Below, piece by piece: positions 52,767 to 64,000 of a DNA stretch of 64,000 bases. Numbering within the stretch: position 1 is the stretch's first letter; each line of letters starts with the position of its first letter. Made by a program: the position numbers and the translations under genes. The stretch is from Octopus bimaculoides (taxonomy: Eukaryota). Under the pieces are notes generated by a model. The model saw only the letters and a program-made list of their open reading frames with translations, was not told the origin of the DNA and searched no databases. The stretch lies in the NCBI RefSeq assembly GCF_001194135.2, contig NC_068984.1:123316585-123380584 (forward strand). Reading direction: 5' to 3'.

Positions 52767-53456
52767 GTGAAGGATATTTTACACGTATAAATATAGGAGA
52801 CGCTATATGAGTGTAGAATAAAATATTTTTACATTGCTTTAGTCAATATATGGATTAAACAACGTAACTAATGGTTACTGCTACTGTTGTTGGTGTTGTT
52901 AGTTTACCCCAATAACGCTAACCTAAATGCATAACCTGTTAGAGCATCGATTTCTATTCAGTTTATTTAAAGGTGTGTAATAATTCTTTTGTTTCCAGTA
53001 TAAAGCCGCATCAACTTTTGTCTACTGCCACTTGAGTATACAATACACTTGATATTACCTTCAATGACGTTACTAAATCTGACGTCCCAGAGTTCAACAA
53101 TGTAGTTTCTCGACAATGTCACCCTAGGTGACAATTCTATAAGTGATATATTCTCTTATGAAACTTGTTTTCCAATTTAAAATAGAAGTGCAAATGGCCG
53201 TCTTTTTTAGTCATACATTCGATGTTTGCTAGAAAACAATATGTTCCACAACGTTTTTCCTTCGATTTTCGTGTCGGAAAGTCTCAGGTAGGACTGACAG
53301 ATGCTCTTCATACACTTGACATCCTGTCATTTCTGTTCAATAACTGAAATCGTTTTCACGCATGACCGGCGATCTTAAAAATATTAAACCACACCACTCA
53401 TATTTCTTGCTAAGAAAGCATTTAAAACTTTCCTCTCACAATTCACCTTCTTTAAG

Positions 53457-53655
53457 ACTGCGAGCTGGTAGAATCGTTAGCATGCCGAACAAAATGCTTT
53501 GCAGTATTTTTTCTGGCTTTACGTTCTGAGTTCAAATTCTGCTGAAGTCGACTTTGCTTTTGATCCTTTCGGGATCGATAAAATAAGTACCAATTGAGGA
53601 TTAGGGTCAATGTAATCAACTAGCCCTCTCCCTCAAAATTTCAGGTCTTGTACCT
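53457..53655 (+). mobile_element. SINE family B
   Basis: gcgagctggtagaatcgttag head plus core. Confidence 0.82.
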
Positions 53656-53683
53656 ATATACCTTCTTCATATATACCTTCTTC

Positions 53684-54077
53684 GTGGAGGCGCAATGGTC
53701 CAGTGGTTAGGGCAGCGGACTCGCGGTCATAGGATCACGGTTTCGATTCCCAGACCGGGCGTTGTGAGTGTTTATTGAGCGAAAACACCCAAAAAGCTCC
53801 ACGGGGTTCCGACAGGGGATGGTGGCGAACCCTGCTGTACTCTTTCACCACAACTTTCTCTCACTCTTACTTCCTGTTTTTGTTCTGCCTGTAATTCAAA
53901 GGGTAAGCCTTGTCACACTGTGTCACGCTGAATATCCCCGAGAACTACGTTAAGGGTACACGTGTCTGTGGAGTGTTCAGCCACTTGCACGTTAATTTCA
54001 CGAGCAGGCTGTTCTGTTGATCGGATCAACTGGAACCCTCGACGTCGTAAGCGACGGAGTGCCAACAACAACAACAA
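53684..54077 (+). mobile_element. Young SINE family A
   Basis: 13-bp TSD atataccttcttc at 53671-53683 and 54078-54090; (CAA)n tail. Confidence 0.93.
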
Positions 54078-54574
54078 ATATACCTTCTTCATACCAGCAT
54101 ATTGCTTGCCTGCTCCAATTCCCTGCTGTGACATGGGATTACTTCTCTACTAGTATCAATGTCGAAAAGTTCGAATCGGACTCTGACTGCTGCCCTTCAT
54201 ATGTACAGTTTTGTCTGTCTTGTTCAATAACAAAAATCTTTAGAATATTAAACCACATCAGGTTTTTCTCTTGCTTCGAAAACAGCTTTAACCTCGCTGC
54301 CAATATACAGGCGGTACAGGCTAAATTTGATGATCTTTTGCCTACTTTTGTCAGGAACAGCTTCATGTATTAGTGAACAATCAATGGTGTTGGAGAGCAT
54401 AAATATTAAAGTTGTAGTTGAGAAGAAGTTAGCTGACATGGAGGACTGGAAGCTATCTGAATATTGGAAAAGAGTTAACTCTATCATGATGATTCGCGCC
54501 AGGTAACAAAATGCCGACATTATGACTATGGCTCAATGCTTTTTGAACACTGCAAAAGCTGTAAGATGTGACAT

Positions 54575-54805
54575 GGATATCATGAAAACCAAGTTCTCCA
54601 AAACTGTTATGGTTATTGGGTGTGTTTCCAGTCAGAGTGACGTCATGCCGCCCACATCTTTGAACAAAGTCTTAGGCTCAATTCAGACACCTATGTGAAA
54701 CTGCCGGAAACTGTGGTCCTGGCTGGAGATGGTTGAAGCCCATATGCGTGGCATCCGGATTCGGCTTCTTGTCATACTTCCGGAAACAGTCAGAAGTGAT
54801 GGCTT
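54575..54805 (+). pseudogene. maT/DD37D-like Tc1/mariner transposase fragment
   Basis: IMKTKFSKTVMVIGCVSS..VMPP-HIFEQSLRLNSDTYV..PYAWHPDSASCHTS. Confidence 0.65.
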
Positions 54806-55190
54806 TCACTTTACACACGCCAGCTCAATTTGATTCGTCGTCAGTCGAAAGACACCTGTTGCTAGATTCTTGTTGTTTGTACTTGTAACTGTGTACTATG
54901 CTCTCCGTTTTTTGTCTCTGTTGTCGCATACATTTGCTAGCTTTCTTACAAAGAATCTAATGCTCTTAGCTTAGACTTTTTTGGGGGCAACCAGATCGAA
55001 CAGTCTCAAGTGTAACTACCCAAAACTGTAAGGACATCTGGTAACTTGACTGACGAAAGAAGGCCACGAACGAACCGTCCTTTTTTCCTGCCCCTTTAAT
55101 TGTTGTTTTTCTTGTCCGCCTTTGTATCGTCTATCTGTCCGGTTGTTTTATTGTCCTCTATTGCGTTTTTGTTTCATTATATATATATAT

Positions 55191-55269
55191 CGCCATGATA
55201 GATCGCTAGCCACTACACATTCTTTTTCTTCTTCTCTCCTTGTATCTATATGTGTTCCTTTCTCTAGAA
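55191..55269 (+). mobile_element. 5' part of the same pseudo-LTR as 36872-37060, truncated by a gap
   Basis: cgccatgatagatcg.tagccact...tgtgttcctttct. Confidence 0.7.
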
Positions 55270-55746
55270 NNNNNNNNNNNNNNNNNNNNNNNNNNNNNNN
55301 NNNNNNNNNNNNNNNNNNNNNNNNNNNNNNNNNNNNNNNNNNNNNNNNNNNNNNNNNNNNNNNNNNNNNNNNNNNNNNNNNNNNNNNNNNNNNNNNNNNN
55401 NNNNNNNNNNNNNNNNNNNNNNNNNNNNNNNNNNNNNNNNNNNNNNNNNNNNNNNNNNNNNNNNNNNNNNNNNNNNNNNNNNNNNNNNNNNNNNNNNNNN
55501 NNNNNNNNNNNNNNNNNNNNNNNNNNNNNNNNNNNNNNNNNNNNNNNNNNNNNNNNNNNNNNNNNNNNNNNNNNNNNNNNNNNNNNNNNNNNNNNNNNNN
55601 NNNNNNNNNNNNNNNNNNNNNNNNNNNNNNNNNNNNNNNNNNNNNNNNNNNNNNNNNNNNNNNNNNNNNNNNNNNNNNNNNNNNNNNNNNNNNNNNNNNN
55701 NNNNNNNNNNNNNNNNNNNNNNNNNNNNNNNNNNNNNNNNNNNNNN

Positions 55747-55787
<41 letters not shown>

Positions 55788-56319
55788 ATTCGACTTCATT
55801 GAAATCAGTGTTCCATCTTTCACCATACCAAACTATTAACTAATATAATTATCACTCTCTGCACCCTTTGCAAATCCGGGAAATTTCGTTTGGTAATTAA
55901 GCGGATTTTGTACAAAATGAAATTTCCGGGAAGGGACGGATTGTGTAATCGGAAGTACATCATTCAATGTATCCTTCTTTTTCAGATAGTCGGGCACAAT
56001 TTGAGAGAGATGTAACTACCTTTTTCTAGTGAGTTGGGTGACTATGTAGCAGTTTTTTTATTGACTTGGTTGCTCCTTCCAGTTATTGCATCTCCTCTTT
56101 ACTGGCTTGTTCTTATAGCGGTGTCCGTAGTGTTTTGTGGCTGAGAGACATATCTTTACGTGAATAGAACATTGGTTTATTACAGATGACTTTTGAACTT
56201 GATAGGAACTAAACTCGGTGCTGAAAGCCAACCAATAAAGTTCTACCATTGGTTCTAGTGTTGAACTGTGCCGCTCTCTAGTACTATCTATCTATCCATC
56301 TTCGCTCACTATTTATGGA

Positions 56320-56612
56320 CGGATTGTTGGGAGTAGATTCCTCATTCACCTCCTCCATAGGGTCTTATCAGAAACAACCATCATTACACTTTCAGGCTAG
56401 ATTCCCAAGCGTGACCAACTGAGATTTTGGACATTATCCAACCCTCTCGTTCTTCGTTCACCTCTAGGTCCCTGCAGGTTAGCTCAGTTCGAAGAATCCG
56501 TCTTCTGATTCTTTCCTGCGACGTTCTTATCGCATGTCCGTAGTTCAGGAGCTGTGACCTCTCAATGCGGAGGAATATCTCGACCGGCAGAAACTCCCTA
56601 ATCTTCGACCTG
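56320..56612 (-). pseudogene. RTE-clade LINE ORF C-terminus
   Basis: IFLRIERSQLLNYGHAIRTSQERI..WLDNVQNLSWSRLGI..DKTLWRR. Confidence 0.8.
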
Positions 56613-56627
56613 TAGCCTGTTGAATAA

Positions 56628-56842
56628 AGATTTCAAATTATGGCACAAAGCCAGTAGTTTCGGGGGCAGGTGTAAGTAGATTACACCGACTCCACTGATC
56701 AACTGGTACTTATATCTATCGATCCCTAAAGGATGAAAAGTAAAGTCGGCCTCGGCGGAATTTGAACTTAGATCGTAAAGACGGACGAAATGCTGCTAGG
56801 CATTTTTCCCGGTGTGCTAACGACTCTGCCAGCTCGCCACCT
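56628..56842 (-). mobile_element. SINE family B
   Basis: Family core and head. Confidence 0.82.
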
Positions 56843-56884
56843 TGAGCCTGTTGAATAACGTTACTGTCGAGATCCTTCGGGTTG

Positions 56885-57117
56885 AGGCGCGTGGCTTAGT
56901 GATTAGGGTGTTGGACCCATGAACACAAGATTGTGGTTTTGATTCCTGGACTAGATAGCGCGTTGTTTTCCTTGAGCAAAGCGCTTCATTTCACGTTGCG
57001 CCACCCCACTCAGCTGGCAAAAATGAGTAATCCTGTGAAGGACCGGCGTCCCGTTCAGATGGGGAATTTATACGCCACGGAAACCGGGAAACCGGGCCTC
57101 ATGAGTCAGCATGACAC
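56885..57117 (+). mobile_element. SINE family E
   Basis: gcgcgtggcttagtg head, CORE and gaccggcgtcccgttcag domain. Confidence 0.8.
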
Positions 57118-57214
57118 GAGAAGCTAACTTTACTTTTTTACTTAGAGGTCCTTCGGAGAAACCCCATTTCGGCTACTTGCATTGGCGATCGTGCTCTTTC
57201 AGTCATTACCCAAC

Positions 57215-57525
57215 ATTCACAATCATAGGTGAAGATACTTATTTTAGAATTACTTGTTTTGTACTAACGCATGATATCTACTTTCTGCAGCGAGTTCTAC
57301 CACTATGTGATACTTATTTACGATCAAGTGGACTGTACTACCATACATTAGATATTACAGTAACTTATATCACAATGTGCTGCCTAGAGTATCACAAGAA
57401 ATCTTCCTATGACCCGTTTTGTTTCTCAATCTATTCTTATAGAATATTCCAAAAACCTTTACAGAACATACGAGCTCATATGAAAGTGATAACACACATC
57501 TTCCTTCCTTTCTTCAAACACCAAT
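57215..57525 (-). repeat. Old unclassified interspersed repeat, homologous to ~14700-15215 (+)
   Basis: Shared cacattgtgatataa.ttactgt and gtacagtcca...gtaaataag; lacks the mariner MITE (empty site). Confidence 0.7.
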
Positions 57526-58972
57526 GCTCAACGACTCCGAAATATTTAACAGCTTATAAATATCCTAAAAATTATGGCTTTACAGGAATAAAACAACAAA
57601 CACTGATATTATCTCCCTTTCCGAGCATCACATGATCAAACAAAATATATTTAATGATATACGCTTTACTCACAAACATCAACTTTATAAACTTGATACA
57701 AAAGGACTAAAGTTCTGCAGTACAACGTTAACGTCATTCATAACATTTTTATGGATGTAAAAGATGTTATCATCATTTGCGACAATCATAAATGATACTG
57801 CACCAGAAATGCGGTTTTCAAACCCCACACCAGTAACACGAAGTACTTTAATACATATATACATACATACATACATACATACATACATGCATACATACAT
57901 ACACACGTACGTACGTACATTCACGAATGCATACGTGCAAATATCCAACGCCTCCATAAGAGTTTGGAGAAAGAGACCAACAGAAAATATACCAGGCTTT
58001 AGAAAAGTAAGTACTGAGGTCGATTCGTTCGACCTAGAATAATAAAAAGAAAAAAAGAATTCTTCAAGGCAGTGTCCCAGCATGACCGCGATCTAATGAC
58101 TGAAATAAGTAGAACATTGATATAAAAGTTGTTCCCCACATCATTGTCCCCTATCTCATTAATGTTTTGGTGCATTGTATTTCCACTTAATGGATTCATT
58201 TTTGAATAGACTGAAATAATATCTTCATAAGAGTTTACCATCATTTCTTTAATTGATCGTATTTTTATTTCCCCAGTGACACACGATTGTCCTTACTGCA
58301 TTATATTAAAGGAGATATTGTATGATGTCCTCCGCCCTGCTTCATTAACAGAATGTTTTTGAATTTATTCAATTTCATTTTCTTTCTTTCAGCACCTGAA
58401 AAGGAATCATTATCTTTATTTTTCTTACAAGAAAGGCAAACTCGAATGAGTTTGCTTTTCATCTTCGCAGATTTCTTGACATTATTAATACAAGTCCTCC
58501 CCCACAGCAGATTAACTGGCATTCCGTCGGTTATGACGATGGGGGGTCGAATCCAGTTGATCGAATCTATGGAACAGCCTGCTCATGAAATTAACTTGCA
58601 AGTGGCTGAGCACTTCACAGATACGTATGCCCTTAACGTAGTTCTTAGGAAGATTTTAGCGTGACACAGAATGTGACAAGGCTGACCCTTTGAATTACAG
58701 GTACTATTCATTTTTACCTGCTGATATTGATGTATTGGTAAAGGAAAGATATGAATCCAAATTTTCAATGGTCTTGTGAATATTGTCTGAACTTTTTAGT
58801 ACCAGCTTCTACCTATTATAATTAGTAGGCATTTTGACCGCTTTACACAAATTCACATCTCTCAGTTCATCTACATCTCTCAGATATCTATGGGTGTTAA
58901 GCATTCGGTGGTTATCTCTAAACTGCATTTGCTCTCAACATGGAGTAATCGCACAGAAAGTGACGCAGCCAG

Positions 58973-59189
58973 TACGAGTGGGTGATGAAAAGTTCCTGGT
59001 TTTAAGGGTGCAGCGAAAGGCCTGGCTGGAGACTCAACCTTCCGAGTTCTTTTACGGGGCTTAGAAAAACTGAAGGACCGCTGCATTGTGTGATTCTAAG
59101 AGGGAAATATGTTGAATAAAATCATAATCAACTGATCCTCCAGTATTTTCTTTTGCCCAAAGCTAGAAACATTTCAGCACTTACTCGTA
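58973..59189 (+). mobile_element. Second copy of the mariner-derived MITE
   Basis: Same TIRs and internal sequence as 14873-15095. Confidence 0.88.
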
Positions 59190-60444
59190 TATTTAGCTTA
59201 GCTTTGCCACAAGTCAGATTTTTCCCTACACACTTGAACATGAAGCTGAGAGCAAGCCATAAAATTTTGTTAAAGGCCAGAAAACTACAACGTTCATGAG
59301 AAAATATAATTAATTTGTTTATTGGATATAAAAAACAATAAAACAGCATATGGCCGAAGAAAATCTAAGTCAAGACACCCATTTGGAAACAGGTATTACA
59401 TATAATATTTCACTGTCTGGTGATTCCAACTATTGATAAATTATTAAAACTATGTTTTAGGAAACAATAAGCAATGAAAGCTAATTATATATAAATAAGT
59501 AATGCACATCAGCAAACTATATTTTATTGCATTATTTGATGTATTTTTTGGTATTTATTTTAATGCGAATGTCAGCTTTCGACCGCAAGAGTTCCATTGA
59601 CCTTCTTTTGATCCCCAGATATTTATCGACTCCTAAGGATGGTTCCATCTATCCTGAGGGATAGATCGGTATCGATCACTTTGAGTTGAGGAGAGAGAAA
59701 TCTAATGCAGGAGTGAGAGGTTGAAAGGAAGGGTGGGGGTGATAGAGGATTCAGGCAGAAGTAAAGTAGGGAATAATAAAGAAAGAAAAAAAAAGAACAA
59801 GAACTAAACAAAGAAAAGATTTGTCTGAATGACGACCTCGATTGGCTGTCACGTACACGTTTGTCTTTGAGCTCATTCAACTGTATCTTGAAGATACGGA
59901 AGACTGCCAAATGAACACAAAAGACCAACAGCCAAGGTCAACAGACGGTCAAAGTGAGAGTGTGGCTCTGAGAGAGACAGAGAAAAAGTGAGAGAGCGAG
60001 AAAGGGAGAGGGAAAGAGAGTGTGTAAGTGAAGAAGGCAGAAGAAGAAGAAGAGAGAGAGAGAAGGAGAGAGAGAAAACGGAGCGCGCCGAAGGATGCCA
60101 GCGTTCAGATGGAATAACAATCTCGTATCCGCCTGTATATCTGCGGTAATGAATATGTATGATCTCCGCTGCTTTATCATGCAGATTTGTTGGAGAATGA
60201 TCAAGAGTGAGACAGAAAAACTGAATTATGCTTAACAAATTCCAATGAAACAGCCCTGTCTCTTCAACATTCGGTGGCCAAATAAAATCCACATCACGCA
60301 ACAGAACCTGATAAAATTACAAAAATGCACCTAGAATACACAGGATTTTGTATTTAAATCACTTCGCTCACCAAATATCTTCAATTACTTGCACTTAGCG
60401 ATGTTAAATTTCAAGAAATTAGAAACTAAGCAAAATTATAATTT

Positions 60445-60640
60445 ATTAGTTTCAAATTTTGGTACAAGGCCAACAATTTCGGGGGAAGGAGTAAATCAAT
60501 TACATTGACCTAAGTGTTCAACTAGTACTTATTTTATCGACCCCGAAAGGAGGAAAGGCAAAGTCGACGCCTGTGGCATTTGAACCCGAAGCATTTTGTC
60601 TGGAGTGCTAGCAGCAATTCTGCCTGCTCACCGCCTTCAG
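60445..60640 (-). mobile_element. SINE family B (internally deleted)
   Basis: Family core. Confidence 0.75.
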
Positions 60641-60907
60641 CAAAATCATAATTTATTGCCCGAAACAAAACAACTCTAAAAGAGTGGACCTCTGCAGACA
60701 CAACACACTGCTACATCAGTCTATAAAGATTCCTTCTTGAAATCACTGAATCACTCATTCGCCTCTCAAGATTACAATACAGATTACAGTAGAGTTTCAT
60801 TGTTTGGGTTTTATGTCAGAAGCTAGAGTTTAGGGTTGAAGTTACATAGAATAATACTTAAAAAATTGCAGTTCATTTCTATTTCTACACGCAATCATAA
60901 ATTCCAG

Positions 60908-60985
<78 letters not shown>

Positions 60986-61059
60986 GAAGTAAAAAAGGAA
61001 TTAAAAAAATTCAGGCAGATATCAATAAATCATTCAGTTTTAAACGAATTTGGTTAACT

Positions 61060-61670
61060 ATATCAAACAATCAGACACCGATATGTGCAAGGAGAATAAA
61101 CATCCAAGGTAATTCCTCATGTATTAGGGAAAATTTCAACTCAAAATCTGCACACAAGAGTAAAATCGTTTATGTGAATTGTGAAATTAACTCTAATGAT
61201 CATTTTCCTGAACTAAATTTCGATGACTCTGATAATACAGTTAACAACAACAACCACAACAACAACAACAATCCTGCTTTAACACCTAATTCTGAGAGGA
61301 GGACTTGTATGAATTCTTTTAACCACGAGTACCGAATACAATTGAATAAATGACTGTAATTATAAAAACAAAATTGTCTGTCCTTTAAAAAATCAGTGTT
61401 TAAAGAAAAATATAGTGCATCAATGTAAGGGTATAATAGGTTTATCTGCTACAATTTGGAAATCTAGATTTCATAATCATTCTCATTTATTTAAGTATAA
61501 AAGAAAAAGTAATTCTGCAAATCTTAGTAAATGCATTTAGGATTTAAAAGACAGAGAGATTAAGTATGATTTAAAGTGGTCCATTATTAATTACGGACCA
61601 CTGTATAATATTGGCAATTTTAAATGTGATCTTTGCCTTGAAGAAATACGTTATATAATTATTCTTGGAT
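61060..61670 (+). pseudogene. Penelope-like GIY-YIG endonuclease fragment (Naiad/Chlamys-type cysteine pattern)
   Basis: CNYKNKIVCPLKNQCLKKNIV..IGLSATIWKSRFHNH..NSANLSKCI*DLKD..WSII..CDLCLEE. Confidence 0.85.
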
Positions 61671-62071
61671 TAATTTTATTAAATTATAATGGTAATTTTA
61701 CAAGGAAATGTTATCACAAAACTAGGAAGGCACATAAATATTTCAATTCTTAATTATAATTGTTTTTCATATATTATACAATAAGCATAGATTTTCTAAA
61801 AATGTTTAGCATATTTAATAAGCAGGTAACTAATTGTCGTGACGTCGAATCTCTCTTTCTAACTGTCGTAACGTAGAATTCATACGTTAATTTTTTATTC
61901 TTTGTTATCCACTGACGTCACTAAAAGTTGAATACTAAACTAGCTTTTCTTAGAATATATTTTCTTAACGTTCTTTTTGTATGCATTCGTATACTGGAAA
62001 TATTTTCTTAGTTCACTTTAAATTTAACTAATTTTGGATTGCCTTGAAAACGCGCTAACATGTATTTTCGG

Positions 62072-62112
<41 letters not shown>

Positions 62113-62192
62113 CGTGCGTATGCCTGCGTGCGTGTGTNNNNNNNNNNNNNNNNNNNNNNNNNNNNNNNNNNNNNNNNNNCATGTATTTTCGG

Positions 62193-62233
<41 letters not shown>

Positions 62234-64000
62234 CGTGCGTGTGCAGCTTGAACGTTTTTGCTTATTCTAATCCAGATAACGCTCCAGGTAACGTTTTCTC
62301 ACAACTATTTTACATATGGCTACATCTTGTTACATTAACGTCTTATTATATAATTTTACATGTATTATTTTGTATTATCTTATAACAATGTTAAGGCTCA
62401 TCGCCTTTATATATCAGAGTTGATAAAATAAGTACCCCTAAAGTACTGAGATCGTTGTTATTGAATTGACTTTCCTCTCAAAATTGCGCCAAAATTAGAA
62501 AGAATTATTACGTAATGTTGTTAGCAGATTACTCATCGAATGTATAAAAAGGAATTCACAAAGTTGAAAATTGCTGAAATTATTTTCGTTGAGATTTAGC
62601 GTCTGGCGTACGAAACCGCGAATAACAACTTCAACCAATAATATCAGCAGTAGTATTTTAAGTGTCCATCTATCTATTGCAATAAGAGTTAGGTTTCTTT
62701 CTCTAACGTCTTACATAGTTTAACCTACTCAAGTTAATGTTTGAAAAACAAAATAAGAATTTTGAAAGAAATATCTATAAATTTAGCTTATAAACATCGA
62801 ATGGCTATGAAGGTCCACCAGAATAAAATAGTAACCAAAGGAGTTCATAGATAAAAAATGGTTGAGAACCATTGCTCTAGGTTCTCTTGATACTGGTTTG
62901 TCATGCTTCTGTCTCGTCTTCCTCCTTTCTTCGTCATTTGATGAGAAGTTGCAAAATATGCTGTCGGAGGTTGTGGTAGAGATTCGTTGTATATGTGTGC
63001 GTACGTAGTTATTAATCAGTTTAGGTGAGTATTTGATAATTAGAATCTTTTATCTTTTGTCTTTTACTAGTTTCAGTCATAAGACTGCGACCATGCTGGG
63101 GCATCGACTTGAGGAATTTTAGTTCAACTAATCAATTTCAGTACTTTTTTTTTCTTTTTAAAATAAAAAAATTAAAAAAACATTTTTCTATATCAGACAA
63201 TGGTTCATGCAAACCATACTACTCTATTATTTTAACCATTTTAACCATTTCAGCGATTAAGGGAGACAACGTGGGGGGATGCTTTGATCTATTAAAACTC
63301 ACTTCAGTGAAATATAAAATACACTATATTTGGCGAAGTAGTGAAAAGAGTATCACTCAGTAAATAATGTACAATATTACACACAAATGAAAAAGAAAAA
63401 TTAGCATATTTAAAAAGAAAAAAATTAGCATATTAAAAAAAAATCATTGACATTAGTTGCTCAGGGACGCTATCTGTATAAGAAATAATAGCTAACTCAG
63501 TGCTAACACATTTGATATAGTGAGCATTCGAAATCTAATTATAAATAATTAGGCGCTGTCGGAAAGACAACATTAGCTCAATGACTAATATTACTTGTAA
63601 TCATTTCTGCAAGTACAGGAAACATCTCCAGACATGTTTCGGTTTTATTTGATGTTAAGAGGTGAGTATTGGACAAGTCTATTACTGGATTTGATTGCTA
63701 TCTTCTGATTATGAGCGTCTGTCTATAGCGTCTAGAATGTGAAGGCTGTAAAAAAAATCCTTCTGACGTTAAATTCATCAATTAATTTTTTTTTGGCTCA
63801 CAAATAAATTAGAAACTATGCTCATTAATGCTTCTACATTATTGTCACAAGACCTCGTGACGATGACTCTCTCACACACACACACACTCTCTCTCTCTCT
63901 CTCTCTCTCACTCTGCGTGTGTATGTGCGTATATATACATATATAAATGTATATATATACATAATACATATATGTATATAAATGTCCATATAAATATATA

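Noticed and set aside
57111-57635. 174-aa ORF, the longest non-microsatellite ORF
   Set aside because: No recognisable motifs; it starts in a SINE tail and lies antisense within an interspersed repeat whose other copy (14700-15215) shows no matching ORF.
59600-60300. Possible PLE C-terminus and hammerhead-like hairpins
   Set aside because: Only weak resemblance (EIIHIH..GGYEI); the core lacks A9 and GAAA and is on the opposite strand.
62881-63024. 144-nt plus-strand segment between AG and GTGAGT
   Set aside because: Stops in all three frames, and the acceptor coincides with a hAT-MITE-like end (ggttgagaaccattg).

Overview
AT-rich, microsatellite-dense animal genomic DNA from a gapped scaffold. 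Larger N runs lie at about 5.4-5.8, 8.9-9.1, 18.4-18.7, 29.4-29.6, 47.2-48.0, 51.9-52.6 and 55.3-55.7 kb. The repeat families and the calmodulin sequence suggest a cephalopod, probably Octopus; this is inference. The only host protein-coding gene I can support is a complete 5-exon calmodulin on the minus strand (CDS 493-1870, 149 aa). It has a candidate second ATG-only exon at 7172-7174 and promoter-like blocks up to about 11 kb. The remaining ~53 kb holds decayed transposons: two hAT, mariner and its MITEs, a DUF4817-type Tc1/mariner, a maT-like fragment, Merlin, a piggyBac MITE, a non-autonomous Helitron, RTE and CR1 LINE fragments, several Penelope-like (PLE) pieces, and dozens of modular tRNA-derived SINEs. 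The most interesting signals are minimal hammerhead-ribozyme motifs in PLE terminal repeats (one with a compensatory U3:A8 core and a palindromic stem III), the alternative ATG-exon structure of calmodulin, and several local template-switch or duplication scars. All homology calls come from hand translation and motif recall, not database searches. Repeat boundaries are approximate unless TSDs or TIRs are stated. SINE family letters A-E are my own labels.
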